A DNA stretch of 64,000 nt from Spirochaetia bacterium (GCA_963675665.1 OY776510.1:2880001-2944000), one strand, 5' to 3'; counted from the first letter of the stretch, positions 37,612 to 48,833 are shown. The notes: generated from the sequence alone by a model not told the origin. Translations and numbers: made by a program.

Positions 37612-38460
37612 ATGGCTGAAAGCGAAAGCAAAATTACATTCTGGTCAAAAAAAGAGATTAAATGTCCTGTTTGTGAAAGCGGGTTTAAACGTGAAGAATT
37701 ACTTACGGGTCGCGGAAGGCTTATTGCCGGAACGCTGACGGGAGAACTTCGCAGGCTTTATGAGCCGTCTCAGAAATACGGCGATGTGTGCCCTCTTGTT
37801 TATCCGATAACAGTCTGTCCCGAATGTTATTTTGCCGCTTTTCAGCAGGATTTTGAATCAGTTCCTCAGGAAGTAATCGGGCCTGTACAAAATGAGAGCG
37901 AATCGAGAAAAGCCAGTATTGCCAAGATTCTGCCTGATATAGATTTTAATCAGAACAGGGGATTGAAAGAAGGCGCTGCAAGCTATTATCTTGCAATAAG
38001 CTGTTATGAGCATTTTCCGTCGTATCTGTCGCCCACAATTAAAAGGGGCATCTCCGCACTGAGGGCCGCATGGATCTTCAATGATCTTCAGCGCATGTAT
38101 CCAAACGAGAATTATGATTACTGTGCAAGGATTTTTTATTATAAAGCGCAGTTTTTTTACGGTCTCGCTGTTGAATACGAACAGGACGGAACCGAAAGCC
38201 TGGCGGAAGTTCCGCACCTTGGCCCGGATCTTGACAAAAACTATGCCCACGACGGTGTTTTTTATCTGGGCGGTCTGCTTGAGTTTAAATACGGCGATAA
38301 AAGTGATCCTGAAATGAGAAAAAAACGGCTTGAGTTTGCAAAACGCGCGGTAGCCAGGCTGTTCGGAATGGGCAAAGCGTCAAAAAGCAAGCCTTCAGCC
38401 CTGCTGGATAATGCCCGCGAGCTTTATGAGGAGATGTCGGCAGAGTCGAATGAAAGCTGA
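37612..38460 (+). CDS. DUF2225 family zinc-binding protein
   Basis: CPVC...VCPECY, 'ALRAAW'. Confidence 0.75.
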   Translation: MAESESKITFWSKKEIKCPVCESGFKREELLTGRGRLIAGTLTGELRRLYEPSQKYGDVCPLVYPITVCPECYFAAFQQDFESVPQEVIGPVQNESESRKASIAKILPDIDFNQNRGLKEGAASYYLAISCYEHFPSYLSPTIKRGISALRAAWIFNDLQRMYPNENYDYCARIFYYKAQFFYGLAVEYEQDGTESLAEVPHLGPDLDKNYAHDGVFYLGGLLEFKYGDKSDPEMRKKRLEFAKRAVARLFGMGKASKSKPSALLDNARELYEEMSAESNES

Positions 38461-38466
38461 CGGCAG

Positions 38467-39207
38467 ATGAATCGTAACATAAAACTGGTAATTGCCTACG
38501 ACGGAACTGATTTCTGCGGCTGGCAGGTTCAGAATAACGGAAGAACAGTACAGGGAGATATCGAAGCTGCGCTTAAAAAGATACATGGAACTGAAATAAG
38601 GCTTACAGGTTCAGGCCGTACCGATTCGGGAGTACACGCCAACGGACAGGTTGCGAATTTTTATACTACGACGAACATCCCTGCTGAGAAGTTTACACCG
38701 GCCCTGAATTCGATGCTGGCCTCCGATGTCCGGGTGATGAAAAGCAGCGGGGTGTCCGAAGATTTTCATTCGAGATTTGATGCAAAAAAGCGGATTTACC
38801 GTTATTATATAAAACCGGGCGGAATCTGCGAACCCAGGCATACCCGCTATTGCTGGAGACTCAGAAACCGGCCCGATACAGGCAGGTTGAACAGCTTAGC
38901 ATCCCCGTTGATCGGGATACATGATTTTACGGCATTTACAGCCGTTGGTGATCCCAGCAACTCAAGGGTTCGCGAACTGTATACCGCTTCATTTACCATG
39001 GAAGGACAGTTTATTGTCTTTGAGATTGCAGGCAATGCTTTTCTGTGGAAGATGGTGCGGAGCATTGTAGGTACGCTGATTCAGCTTGAATCGGACGGGG
39101 GCGGACCTGAACAGATGCGTGAAATTCTGGTCAGCATGGACCGCGGACGAGTCGGCGCTACGGCCCCGGCGCATGGACTTTTTCTTGACAGGATAATATA
39201 TGAATAA
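38467..39207 (+). CDS. truA: tRNA pseudouridine(38-40) synthase
   Basis: 'YDGTDFCGWQ', 'GRTDSGVHA', 'AFLWKMVR'. Confidence 0.95.
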   Translation: MNRNIKLVIAYDGTDFCGWQVQNNGRTVQGDIEAALKKIHGTEIRLTGSGRTDSGVHANGQVANFYTTTNIPAEKFTPALNSMLASDVRVMKSSGVSEDFHSRFDAKKRIYRYYIKPGGICEPRHTRYCWRLRNRPDTGRLNSLASPLIGIHDFTAFTAVGDPSNSRVRELYTASFTMEGQFIVFEIAGNAFLWKMVRSIVGTLIQLESDGGGPEQMREILVSMDRGRVGATAPAHGLFLDRIIYE

Positions 39208-39889
39208 AAAACAGTTATCTGAAATAATCGATATAATCAACGACACTGAAGATATGATGAACGACGGCTGGAAAACAGTTCACCGGAAGATTGAAATATC
39301 CGAAGCCCAACCTGCCGGAAGGGAAGCCGGAAGCGAAACTGATACGCTCGAAGCAGTAGCAGCAGAAATAGCAGCCTGCACTGCCTGCGGACTCTGTTCA
39401 ACCAGGAAGATACCGGTTCCGGGGGCCGGTGTAATTAATCCCGGGGTGATGTTTATCGGGGAAGGTCCGGGCGCGGAAGAGGACAGGACCGGCATACCTT
39501 TTGTAGGCAAGGCCGGGCAGTACCTGGATAAATGGCTGGCCGCAATTGATCTGAACCGCAGTGAAAACTGTTTTATTGGTAATATAATAAAGTGCCGGCC
39601 GCCGAACAACCGCGACCCCCATCCGGATGAAATATCCGCCTGCAGGCCCTTTCTGACACGGCAGCTGAAGATCATTAAACCTAAAATAATCATTACCCTG
39701 GGCAGGTTTGCATCCCAGGTGATTTGCAACAGCGAGGAAGGTATTGGACGGCTGCGGGGGAAAACTCACCGTTATGAGGGAATACCGGTTGTGCCTACCT
39801 ATCACCCGAGCGCTGTTTTGCGCAACCCTGATTTGCGTAGCGCCGTCTGGGACGACCTTAAAAGGGCGAAAGTTCTGCTTGATGAGTAA
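39200..39889 (+). CDS. Family 4 uracil-DNA glycosylase
   Basis: CTACGLC, 'GEGPG', 'KCRPPNNR', 'YHPS'. Confidence 0.93.
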   Translation: MNKKQLSEIIDIINDTEDMMNDGWKTVHRKIEISEAQPAGREAGSETDTLEAVAAEIAACTACGLCSTRKIPVPGAGVINPGVMFIGEGPGAEEDRTGIPFVGKAGQYLDKWLAAIDLNRSENCFIGNIIKCRPPNNRDPHPDEISACRPFLTRQLKIIKPKIIITLGRFASQVICNSEEGIGRLRGKTHRYEGIPVVPTYHPSAVLRNPDLRSAVWDDLKRAKVLLDE

Positions 39890-41843
39890 ATATATTGAAC
39901 TTGTATTTAATTCCCCGGCGCCCGGGCGCTATATGTACGAAGTTCCGGAAGGTATGGATGCCGTAACCGGGATGAGAGTCAGCGCTCCGTTCGGCAGCCG
40001 TAAAATGACCGGTTTTGTTGTAGCAGACGATGTTGACCCCGGGGAGACTGAATTTACCATTAAGACCATAGAACGGGCTATAGACAAGGTGCCGCTGTAC
40101 GGCAGCCGGGAAGTCTCTCTTGCCAACTGGCTTGCAGATATGTATTACTGTACCGAAGGCGAAGCGCTGGCGACGATGCTCCCCGGCGGCCGCCGCGAAA
40201 GCAAAACCCCTGCATTTGAAGATTTCGAGCTGCCGCCGGCAGGTGAAATAACGCTTTCGGACGAGCAGGTAAAAGCCGTGAACGGAATCCTCGGCGGAAG
40301 CGACATCATGTATTATCTTTACGGCATTACGGGATCAGGAAAAACGGAAGTTTTTCTTCAGATCGCCGACAGGGTTATGGACAACGGCGGCGGGGTTATA
40401 TACCTGGTTCCCGAGATTTCGCTGACACATCAGCTGACCGATGAGGTCAGACGACGCTTCGGAACCGGGGTTGCAGTGCTGCACTCGGCTCTGACGCCTT
40501 CCCAGAAGCTTGTAGAATGGCAGCGGATAAGAAGCGGTGAAGCCCGCTTTGTTATAGGCGCCCGTAGCGCGGTCTTTGCGCCGGTGCCTGAGCTGGGGCT
40601 AATAATTATAGATGAAGAACATGAAAACGCCTACAAATCGGGCAGCAAGCCGCGATACCACGCCAGGCAGGTGGCCATGCACAGGGCGGCTGAATCAGGT
40701 GCAAAAATCATAATGGGAAGCGCTACGCCGTCGCTTGAAGCGTGGCACCTTGTACGCAGCGGCCGTATCTCAGGCTTTGAGCTTGGCCGGCGGCTTTCGG
40801 GCGGCGCTGTGCCTTCAATCGAACTCATCGACATGAAGAAATATTCCGGCTGCATATCCGCCCCGCTGGAAGCGGCTATCCGTGAAACTGCTGAGGAAGG
40901 AAGGCAGACAATTCTGTTTTTAAACCGTCGCGGGTTTTCATACTTTTTTCACTGCAGAAGCTGCGGCTACGAATCAAGGTGCCGTAACTGCTCTGTTTCG
41001 CTGACCTATCATCGTCACCGGAACAGGCTGATTTGTCATTACTGCGGTTATTCGGAAGAGCCGAAAAACGTATGTCCCGAATGCGGGTCTCTTGATGTAG
41101 GTTATTCCGGTTTCGGTACCGAAATGATTGAGAATGAGCTTGAAACCCTGTTCCCGGATCTCAGAATTGAGCGTGTTGATACGGATTCTGTAAAACAGAA
41201 AGGCAGTCTGAAAGACCGGCTTGAAAGGTTTAAAAACAGAGAAATAGATATTCTGCTGGGTACCCAGATGGTTGCAAAAGGGCTTAATTTTCCGGGAGTG
41301 AAGCTTGTAGGCATTGTGCTTGCTGATACGGGCCTCCATCTGCCTGATTTCAGGGCGCATGAGCGTACATTCAACCTCATTGTTCAGGTTGCCGGGCGGG
41401 CCGGGCGGTTTTTTCCGGACGGCAGGGTGCTTATCCAGACCTACAAACCGGAAAACGAGGCCGTAAAAATGGCTGCAATCGGAACATTGGAACAATTTTA
41501 TGAAAGGGAACTCGAAATCAGAAAAGCATTGGCTTTCCCTCCGTTCGGCAGGCTGTTCCGGCTGGTTTTCCGGGGGAAAAACGCCGAACGTACAGCGGCA
41601 GCGGCGGAAGCTTTTGCTTCCAGGTTTGATACCGAATCTCTGCCTGATTCTACGTCGACTGAAATACTCGGGCCGGCTGAATGCCCTTTGTCGATGATCT
41701 CCGGTAATTACAGGTTTCAGATTATCATCAGGACTGATGATTTCAAGTTGATGCATTCGCTTTTTCGGGGAGCGCTGAACCAGTATGTCCCTCCAGCGGG
41801 TGTTTATCTTGAAGCCGATGTAGATCCTGTGAGTCTGCTGTAA
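39882..41843 (+). CDS. priA: Replication restart helicase PriA
   Basis: 'GITGSGKTEV', 'DEEHE', Cys clusters, 'GTQMVAKG', 'QVAGRAGR'. Confidence 0.95.
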   Translation: MSKYIELVFNSPAPGRYMYEVPEGMDAVTGMRVSAPFGSRKMTGFVVADDVDPGETEFTIKTIERAIDKVPLYGSREVSLANWLADMYYCTEGEALATMLPGGRRESKTPAFEDFELPPAGEITLSDEQVKAVNGILGGSDIMYYLYGITGSGKTEVFLQIADRVMDNGGGVIYLVPEISLTHQLTDEVRRRFGTGVAVLHSALTPSQKLVEWQRIRSGEARFVIGARSAVFAPVPELGLIIIDEEHENAYKSGSKPRYHARQVAMHRAAESGAKIIMGSATPSLEAWHLVRSGRISGFELGRRLSGGAVPSIELIDMKKYSGCISAPLEAAIRETAEEGRQTILFLNRRGFSYFFHCRSCGYESRCRNCSVSLTYHRHRNRLICHYCGYSEEPKNVCPECGSLDVGYSGFGTEMIENELETLFPDLRIERVDTDSVKQKGSLKDRLERFKNREIDILLGTQMVAKGLNFPGVKLVGIVLADTGLHLPDFRAHERTFNLIVQVAGRAGRFFPDGRVLIQTYKPENEAVKMAAIGTLEQFYERELEIRKALAFPPFGRLFRLVFRGKNAERTAAAAEAFASRFDTESLPDSTSTEILGPAECPLSMISGNYRFQIIIRTDDFKLMHSLFRGALNQYVPPAGVYLEADVDPVSLL

Positions 41844-41849
41844 GCACTG

Positions 41850-43571
41850 CTATGCATTAAAATCAAGCAGGGCTGTATGGTTCGGAGATTTTTTGGCTTC
41901 AATCTTGAGCGCGGCAATATGTTCAGCCAGCTGTTCAAGCGTCAGTTCCTTAGGAGTTTTAAAAAGGCAAATTACTGCTGCGCTGACTGTCATGAACGGA
42001 AAACTTGTTTTCCGGCCGTTTCTGCTTTTTGAGGTAATATATCCTTTTTTTCGGGCATCTTCCTTATAAAACGGAAGAACGTCATTGGCAAAACGACTGA
42101 CAATGCTGTTAATTTCATCCATGATGCCAATCCTGCCGTGTTCTTTCTCGCTATATCCGATAAAGAAATCATCACCTCCTATATGGCCGATAAATTCCTT
42201 GCTTATCATTCTGTGCTCCTGCAGGATTTCGGAGAACAGGCGTATGATACGATCTCCCTGCCTGAATCCGTATACATCATTGAAGGGTTTAAAGTTATCC
42301 AGATCAAAATATACAAGAATGTGTCCACAGGAATTCTGCTTCATTACTTCGGCCAGATAGCTGTTGATACTGGAATTTCCCGGCAGTTTCGTAAGCGGAT
42401 TTTGATCCTGTGCGATTAATATCTTTTTTTCACTCAGGATTCTTAAAATTGCTGAAGCGCCGAGCACCCCTGTGTAGCGTCCGTTTTCAGTAATAATTAC
42501 ATTTTCAAGATTCTGGTTGAGGCTGTAGAGTTCAAGTATTTTTTCAATGGGACTTGAAATCTCCATTACAGGGGCTTTCGAAATAAGACTTTCTATTCCT
42601 TCGTTTGAAGACTTGTGCTGAAGTATGGAAATCCCGTATGGAGAAAACACATATTTCTTCAGATCTGTTTCCCTGAGCAGACCTACCGGTTCATTTCCAT
42701 GATTGACTATTGGAAAAGAATTTGTGTTCTGCTCTTTTCTGAATATTTCAAGTATTTTCTCGGTAGAAATTGTATCGGGTATTGCAGGAAGTTTCTCAAT
42801 CTCACGGATTATAAAATCCCTGTCGCCTTCGGTTTTTCTTGTCTGCCTGCCGATAAATTTGTCTACCATCTCATACCTGAGTTTGAGGTTGTCAAGATTC
42901 GATTCCGGTTTCTGGATCAGGTAACCCTGAACATAATCACAGCCTATCTCACGGCAGACAAAAAATTCGCCGATAGTCTCGATACCTTCGGCAATTACCG
43001 ATATGCCCATCATGTGGGCAAGATTAACAACATTCGCTACAAAAAATTTCTTCCGGCTGTCGTCATTAATATTTTCAATAAAAAACCTGTCGATTTTTAT
43101 GAAATCGGGATCGGAATGGTAAAGCATTGTCAGACCTGAATAACCAGATCCGAAGTCGTCTATAGCTATACGGAAATGATCCTCACGGCATTTCTCCAGC
43201 ATTTTATGCGTATCCCGGTAAGAGTTGACTTCATGTTTTTCGGATATTTCAAAGCAGATGTTGCTTTTAAATATCCTTCGTTGTTTTATCGGGTTGAAAA
43301 TTGAAGAATGGAAGCCCGGATCATTGAACAGCCTGTTGTCAAGATTATAAAAAAGCTTGGCGGAGCAGAGTTCGTGCCTGCTGTATAGAGTTGAAATAGC
43401 AAGATTTCTTAATGTCAATTCAAGTTCAAGAAGATTTCCTGCATTGTATGCTTTATCGAATACTTCTGAAATTGAATCGTAGCCTGATTCTTTAAATCCC
43501 CTGAGTAAAGCTTCAAAACCCAGGGTAACCCCGGTATGGATATTCACAATCGGCTGATAGGCATAATACAT
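41850..43571 (-). CDS. EAL-CBS-GGDEF c-di-GMP enzyme
   Basis: 'FEALLR', 'DDFGSGYS', 'AEGIE', 'DNFKPFNDVYG', 'GGDDF'. Confidence 0.92.
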   Translation of the reverse strand: MYYAYQPIVNIHTGVTLGFEALLRGFKESGYDSISEVFDKAYNAGNLLELELTLRNLAISTLYSRHELCSAKLFYNLDNRLFNDPGFHSSIFNPIKQRRIFKSNICFEISEKHEVNSYRDTHKMLEKCREDHFRIAIDDFGSGYSGLTMLYHSDPDFIKIDRFFIENINDDSRKKFFVANVVNLAHMMGISVIAEGIETIGEFFVCREIGCDYVQGYLIQKPESNLDNLKLRYEMVDKFIGRQTRKTEGDRDFIIREIEKLPAIPDTISTEKILEIFRKEQNTNSFPIVNHGNEPVGLLRETDLKKYVFSPYGISILQHKSSNEGIESLISKAPVMEISSPIEKILELYSLNQNLENVIITENGRYTGVLGASAILRILSEKKILIAQDQNPLTKLPGNSSINSYLAEVMKQNSCGHILVYFDLDNFKPFNDVYGFRQGDRIIRLFSEILQEHRMISKEFIGHIGGDDFFIGYSEKEHGRIGIMDEINSIVSRFANDVLPFYKEDARKKGYITSKSRNGRKTSFPFMTVSAAVICLFKTPKELTLEQLAEHIAALKIEAKKSPNHTALLDFNA

Positions 43572-43678
43572 GCTGTTAAATTAAAGTTATTTTGTTAAGA
43601 AACAATGAGAAAATGGTTAAATAGATGCCAAAAAACAAGCTACTTTTCATCCTCAATAATAAATAGTATTATATAAAT

Positions 43679-44176
43679 ATGATTGATGTAGTTACTGTCG
43701 GCTCAGCCGATGAAAAAATATTATACAAACAGGCTGCAACAGTTGCGGATATTGATGAGCGAATTGTACGTCTTGCACAGGCAATGATAGAGTCCCTGGT
43801 AATTCACAAGGGTATAGGGCTGGCCGGGCCCCAGGTAAACGAACAGCTGAGGCTTTTCGTTACGCACGCGCAGGGAGATATTCCGCGTGTTTTTATAAAT
43901 CCTGAAATAATAATGACGTCCAACGATATTGTCCCTTATGAGGAAGGCTGTCTGAGTATTCCCGGAATATGGGCTGATGTAATGCGGCCTGCCGAGGTTA
44001 CCATTCAGGCCTGGAACGAGAATGGCAAACCGTTTACTCTTGATGCCGAAGGGGTTCTTGCCCGGGTTATTCAGCATGAATATGATCACCTGAGGGGTAA
44101 ATTATTTATCGACAGGCTCAACGAAAAAAAGCGTGAGCGTTTACTGAAAGTTTATAATAAAAAACTCGGAAGTTAA
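43679..44176 (+). CDS. def: Peptide deformylase
   Basis: 'GIGLAGPQ', 'EGCLS', 'QHEYDH'. Confidence 0.96.
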   Translation: MIDVVTVGSADEKILYKQAATVADIDERIVRLAQAMIESLVIHKGIGLAGPQVNEQLRLFVTHAQGDIPRVFINPEIIMTSNDIVPYEEGCLSIPGIWADVMRPAEVTIQAWNENGKPFTLDAEGVLARVIQHEYDHLRGKLFIDRLNEKKRERLLKVYNKKLGS

Positions 44177-44182
44177 AAAATT

Positions 44183-45130
44183 ATGAAAGTGTTTTTTGCC
44201 GGAACACCTGAAATAGCGGTGCCTTCACTTGAAAAACTGAATAATGATCATGAAGTTGTAGGGGTCCTGACTAATCCGGACCGTGGTTGCGGCCGTGGTC
44301 GGGAGATTGCATGCTGCCCTGTAAAACTGAAAGCGGACGAGTTGGGAATTCAAACATTTCAACCGGAATCGCTGGATGCCGGTTTTATAAATGCCGTGAA
44401 AGAGCTGGGTGCAGAACTTCTGGCCGTTGTTGCGTTCGGAAAAATCTTTAAAAAGGATTTTATTGATATATTTCCGTCGGGAGGACTGAATGTTCATCCG
44501 TCTCTGCTGCCGAAATACAGGGGAGCCAGCCCCATTCAGACTGCGCTGCTGTCGGGCGACAGGGAAACCGGAGTGAGTATTCAGCGGCTGGCTCTGAAAA
44601 TGGACAGCGGAGCTCTTCTGAAACAGGAACCGTATGTTTACGACGGAACCGAAACCGGAGAGTCTCTTACGGATTATTTTGCCGAAAGGGGCGCAGAGCT
44701 TCTTTCCGGCGTGATTTCCGAGATTGAAAGAGGCGAGGCTGTTGAAACTGAACAGGATGAATCGGAAGCTACATACTGTTCTTTTATAAAAAAAGAAGAC
44801 GGATTGATAGACTGGAGAAATTCTGCAGTCCGGTTGGAACGGACGCTTCGGGCGTTTACTCCCTGGCCGGGAATTTATACATTTTTAGGTGATAAAAAGC
44901 TTAATATTATTGAAGCATCGGTTTATACTGGGGAATATGATTCAGCAGCAGCCGACTCTGTTGCTGCCGGCGGTGTTGCCGGGACAGACCGAACGCATGG
45001 AATTCTGATACAAACCGGAGACGGGCTTCTTGCTGTACAGAGACTGCAACTGCAGTCGAAAAAGCCCCTCGACTGGAAATCGTTTCTTAACGGTGTCAAG
45101 AATTTCGATAAAGCTGTACTTGGAGGTTAA
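44183..45130 (+). CDS. fmt: Methionyl-tRNA formyltransferase
   Basis: 'FAGTPE', 'NVHPSLLPKYRGASP'. Confidence 0.96.
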   Translation: MKVFFAGTPEIAVPSLEKLNNDHEVVGVLTNPDRGCGRGREIACCPVKLKADELGIQTFQPESLDAGFINAVKELGAELLAVVAFGKIFKKDFIDIFPSGGLNVHPSLLPKYRGASPIQTALLSGDRETGVSIQRLALKMDSGALLKQEPYVYDGTETGESLTDYFAERGAELLSGVISEIERGEAVETEQDESEATYCSFIKKEDGLIDWRNSAVRLERTLRAFTPWPGIYTFLGDKKLNIIEASVYTGEYDSAAADSVAAGGVAGTDRTHGILIQTGDGLLAVQRLQLQSKKPLDWKSFLNGVKNFDKAVLGG

Positions 45131-45132
45131 TA

Positions 45133-46170
45133 GTGGGACCGCTTGGCGAGAAATTAAAGAGTATTCTGTTCGGAGGATCTTCAGATCCCGACCGCAGGTT
45201 TTACAGAACCTTTATGGTCTTTGCAATAGGAACAATCATAATAATGGTTGTTGCGGGATTGACCACCTTTTTCCTGACTCTCAAGGGAATAGAACAGACT
45301 ATGGTTCCCGATGTAACAGGTATTGAAATTGAGAATGCCCTTGTAGAACTTGAAGAGAAAGCACTTTATTCAAGCGTTCAGCTTCGGTATACGCAGAATA
45401 TTGAGGATAAGGGGCTGGTTGTGGAACAGGACCCCGGTCCCGGTACAAGCGTGCGCGCGGGTTCCCGTGTTGTGCTTCGGGTCAGTAAGGGATCTGCTGT
45501 AGAAAAACTGGACGATTATGTGGGTTGGAATGTTGATGATCTTGAAGCTCATATAAAGAGTATGGTTTCAATCTACGGCCCGTTGCTTTCCATAAAAAAA
45601 CCGGTAATCCGTATTTATGATAATTCTCCAACCGGAACAATACTCGTACAGAAACCTGAACCCGGCACCGATATCTCTGCGGCAACGGAGATTGAACTTG
45701 TAATAAGCAAAGGGCCGATGGGGCAGACACGAAAGGTTCCCGATTATACCGGCCTGACGTTTGGTGAGGTTATCGAGAGCGTTGCCGACGCCAATATCCG
45801 TTTTGTATTTACAACGAAGGATGCGGGCCGTAACGATGTGCCCGGTACTGTAGTCACACAGTCGCCGGCTGCCGAATCGGAAGTCCCGAACGATACGATT
45901 ATGCAATTTGTAATAGCAAGACCGGACAGTCCGCCTGAAGGTTACGTTTTTGGAATTCTTGAGCGCACCTTACCGGATTATCAGGTGCCTGTAACGCTTA
46001 AGGTTGAAGCTATTCTTCCGGATGGCGTCCGCAAACAAATATTCAATATGAAACATGCCGGAGGTCTGATTACAATTCCGTATCTTGAAGAAGAGAATAC
46101 CCTGCTGAAGGTAAGTGTTTCCGATAAAGAGATTATAACCTATCCCATAAGGGCTGTAAGATCGGAGTAG
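45133..46170 (+). CDS. Membrane-anchored PASTA-domain protein
   Basis: One TM then three repeats 'VPD..G...V.EQ.P.PG'. Confidence 0.88.
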   Translation: MGPLGEKLKSILFGGSSDPDRRFYRTFMVFAIGTIIIMVVAGLTTFFLTLKGIEQTMVPDVTGIEIENALVELEEKALYSSVQLRYTQNIEDKGLVVEQDPGPGTSVRAGSRVVLRVSKGSAVEKLDDYVGWNVDDLEAHIKSMVSIYGPLLSIKKPVIRIYDNSPTGTILVQKPEPGTDISAATEIELVISKGPMGQTRKVPDYTGLTFGEVIESVADANIRFVFTTKDAGRNDVPGTVVTQSPAAESEVPNDTIMQFVIARPDSPPEGYVFGILERTLPDYQVPVTLKVEAILPDGVRKQIFNMKHAGGLITIPYLEEENTLLKVSVSDKEIITYPIRAVRSE

Positions 46171-46235
46171 TTTTCGGAGGTAATTTTATTCTTGCATAAG
46201 TGCTGTTTTTCAGATTATTATAATGTTTGATTGAT

Positions 46236-46306
46236 GCGGCTGTCGTATAATGGTAATACCCGAGCTTCCCAAGCTCGTGCCGAGGGTTCGATTCCCTTCA
46301 GCCGCT
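46236..46306 (+). tRNA. tRNA-Gly (CCC)
   Basis: gcggctg/cagccgc acceptor stem, cgagc-tt-CCC-aa-gctcg anticodon arm, GGTTCGATTCC T-arm; CCA not encoded. Confidence 0.96.
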
Positions 46307-46419
46307 GAATTCCGACTTTTTATATTTCACCTATAATGATGAAAAATTACTTTTGTAGTCTGTTCGGGAATTGAACCCTGTTAGCGTGAAGCGGATATTA
46401 TCAGAACAATTTTAATACT

Positions 46420-46620
46420 CTATTCGCTAAGCTCGATCGGGATATGTAATGAACTGTCCCGATAAAAAAGAATCTTTTTACCCCGAAGGCCAATTTCTGC
46501 TTTATCAGCCAGCCTGGTACATCCATTTTTTTCCAATTCAATTATATCTCCTTCAATGTCAGAGGAACAAAACGCAAAATGATGAATTATTATATTCAAC
46601 GCAAGCTTCAATTGATTCAA
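46420..46620 (-). pseudogene. C-terminal remnant of a VOC/glyoxalase (methylmalonyl-CoA epimerase-like) gene
   Basis: 'IHHFAF...DIE..I.EL...G..L......G.RGKKILF.......PIELSE'; in-frame stop shortly upstream, N-terminal half missing. Confidence 0.5.
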
Positions 46621-46731
46621 TTCCGCCTGGAAAAATGAATAATCAAAATTTAATAGTTATCTGATTATATTGTTAAAAATCATATTAAAAGTTAATATAT
46701 AACGATTACTCTTTATTATAAGGCAGGAAGG

Positions 46732-48798
46732 ATGAGACTATCAAAGAAGATATCGGTAATAATCGGAGCGCTGGTTATTTTTATTTCACTGGGATTAAGC
46801 CTGACTTCACTAATCAACTCTTCCCGGACAATAAAAGAAATTGCGCGTCAGTCTTTGCTTACGGAAGCCGACATGGGCGGAAAACTTTTACATGAAAAAA
46901 TAACAAATAAATTATCATTGCTCCAGGAAATTGCAGCCATGAGCGATGTCGGCAGTATGGTTTGGGAAAGACAGCGAGCTGTTCTCAGGCCGGTTGCTAA
47001 AAGACTTGGTTACCTTGATATAGGAATTGTAAATCCGGACGGTATTGCTACTTATATTTCGAATAACAATACAGCTGATCTCAGCGATCGCGATTATATA
47101 AAAACTGCTTTGAAGGGTGACGCCGCAATTTCGGATGTTATCATCAGCAAGGTTACAGGGAATCCGGTAGTTATGTTTGCAGTACCCATATCACAGGGCG
47201 GTTTTATCAAAGGAGCGCTAATTGCACGCGGCGACGGTGATATTTTGAGTACTCTTACAAATACGATGGGTTTCGGAGAAACCGGATATGCGTATATGAT
47301 AAATGAAGAAGGCGTGGTCATTGCTCATTCCGATAAAGAGCTGGTTATAAACAGGTTTTCACCGATTGAAGCTGCAAGGTCCGATGCGGAATACCAACCC
47401 CTGGCAGATGCTGTTAACCGGATGCTTAAAGACAAAGAAGGGATGATCAATTACACATTTCAAAATAAGGAAATTTATTCCGGGTTTCAACCGGTTGAAC
47501 TTATGGGCTGGTCAATTGTAATTACAATTGAGAAACAGGAACTTATGGCCGGATTATACCGGCTTGTCGCTCATTTGATTATTGCGACCCTGATATTTTT
47601 ATTTATTGGAATTGTTGTAGCTATGGGAATAGGAAAATCCATAGCCCGGCCGCTTACCAAAATCCTGCCGGTCCTTGCCGGGATAGCTTCGGGAGATTTA
47701 ACACAAAAGATTGAATTTAATTCGAAAGATGAAATTGGGATTATGACAGATAATTTGAATACCGCGATTATGAGCCTTTCAGAAATGATCTCAACAGCCA
47801 GTCAGTCGACCTCAAAACTCAGCGGTATTGTTGAAAGCCTGTCCGTGAATATGATTGAAACTGCAACAACCATGAATCAGATAACTTCAAATATATCCAG
47901 CATAAATCAGCAGACAGACAGGCAGAATTCCTCTGTAGAAGAGGTTAATCAGAATGTCGGTAATATCAGGGAGCATATAAGGACTCTTGATGAATTGATA
48001 AATAGTCAGGCTGCGGCCATAAATCAGTCTTCCGCTGCTATTGAAGAGATGGTTGCCAATATTAAATCTATAGCTGATATTCTCAAACAGAATACATTAT
48101 CGGTGGAAAATTTGTATAAGGCAACTGAAGAAAGCCAGATTGATATTCAGGGTGTTGCTGATATTCTTAAAACTATAGAATCAGATTCGGACGGTTTGCT
48201 TGAAGCAAGTGATATTATACAGAATATTGCCGGACAGACAAATCTGCTGTCGATGAATGCCGCGATTGAAGCTGCACATGCCGGAGATGCAGGAAAGGGT
48301 TTTTCAGTGGTAGCTGATGAAATCAGAAAGCTTGCTGAAAATTCTGCCGAACAGGGCAAGACTATTTCGACTGTTTTGGTTAATTTAAAACAGCAGATCA
48401 ATACGGTTACTGCGCTTTCGGAAAAATCCCAGGAACAGTTTTCCAGTATTATGGATAACCTGGACTCTGTAAAGAATCAGGAAAATGTTATCAGGAATGC
48501 CATGGATGAACAAAGCGCCGGAAGTCTGCAGGTACTTGAAGCCATCAGGGAAATTGACAACATTACAATCGAAGTCAGAACCGGATCATCCCAGATGCTG
48601 GATAGAAGTGAAGAAGTTTTATCCGATATGAAGCGACTTTCGGGTATTACTGCAGAAATCAGCAGCGGAATTAACGAGATGGCTACCGGATCTGAACAGA
48701 TAAATGAATCAGTTCACAATGTTAATGAAATTACGCATGAAACCAAAAACTGTTTTTCTGAATTATCATCAGCGGTTTCAAATTTCAAAGTGTCCTGA
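46732..48798 (+). CDS. Methyl-accepting chemotaxis protein (dCache-HAMP-MA)
   Basis: 2 TM, '[35 protein letters not shown]'. Confidence 0.95.
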   Translation: MRLSKKISVIIGALVIFISLGLSLTSLINSSRTIKEIARQSLLTEADMGGKLLHEKITNKLSLLQEIAAMSDVGSMVWERQRAVLRPVAKRLGYLDIGIVNPDGIATYISNNNTADLSDRDYIKTALKGDAAISDVIISKVTGNPVVMFAVPISQGGFIKGALIARGDGDILSTLTNTMGFGETGYAYMINEEGVVIAHSDKELVINRFSPIEAARSDAEYQPLADAVNRMLKDKEGMINYTFQNKEIYSGFQPVELMGWSIVITIEKQELMAGLYRLVAHLIIATLIFLFIGIVVAMGIGKSIARPLTKILPVLAGIASGDLTQKIEFNSKDEIGIMTDNLNTAIMSLSEMISTASQSTSKLSGIVESLSVNMIETATTMNQITSNISSINQQTDRQNSSVEEVNQNVGNIREHIRTLDELINSQAAAINQSSAAIEEMVANIKSIADILKQNTLSVENLYKATEESQIDIQGVADILKTIESDSDGLLEASDIIQNIAGQTNLLSMNAAIEAAHAGDAGKGFSVVADEIRKLAENSAEQGKTISTVLVNLKQQINTVTALSEKSQEQFSSIMDNLDSVKNQENVIRNAMDEQSAGSLQVLEAIREIDNITIEVRTGSSQMLDRSEEVLSDMKRLSGITAEISSGINEMATGSEQINESVHNVNEITHETKNCFSELSSAVSNFKVS

Positions 48799-48833
48799 TG
48801 AGCAATTCAAAAGAAATTCAAAAAGGAATAAGC

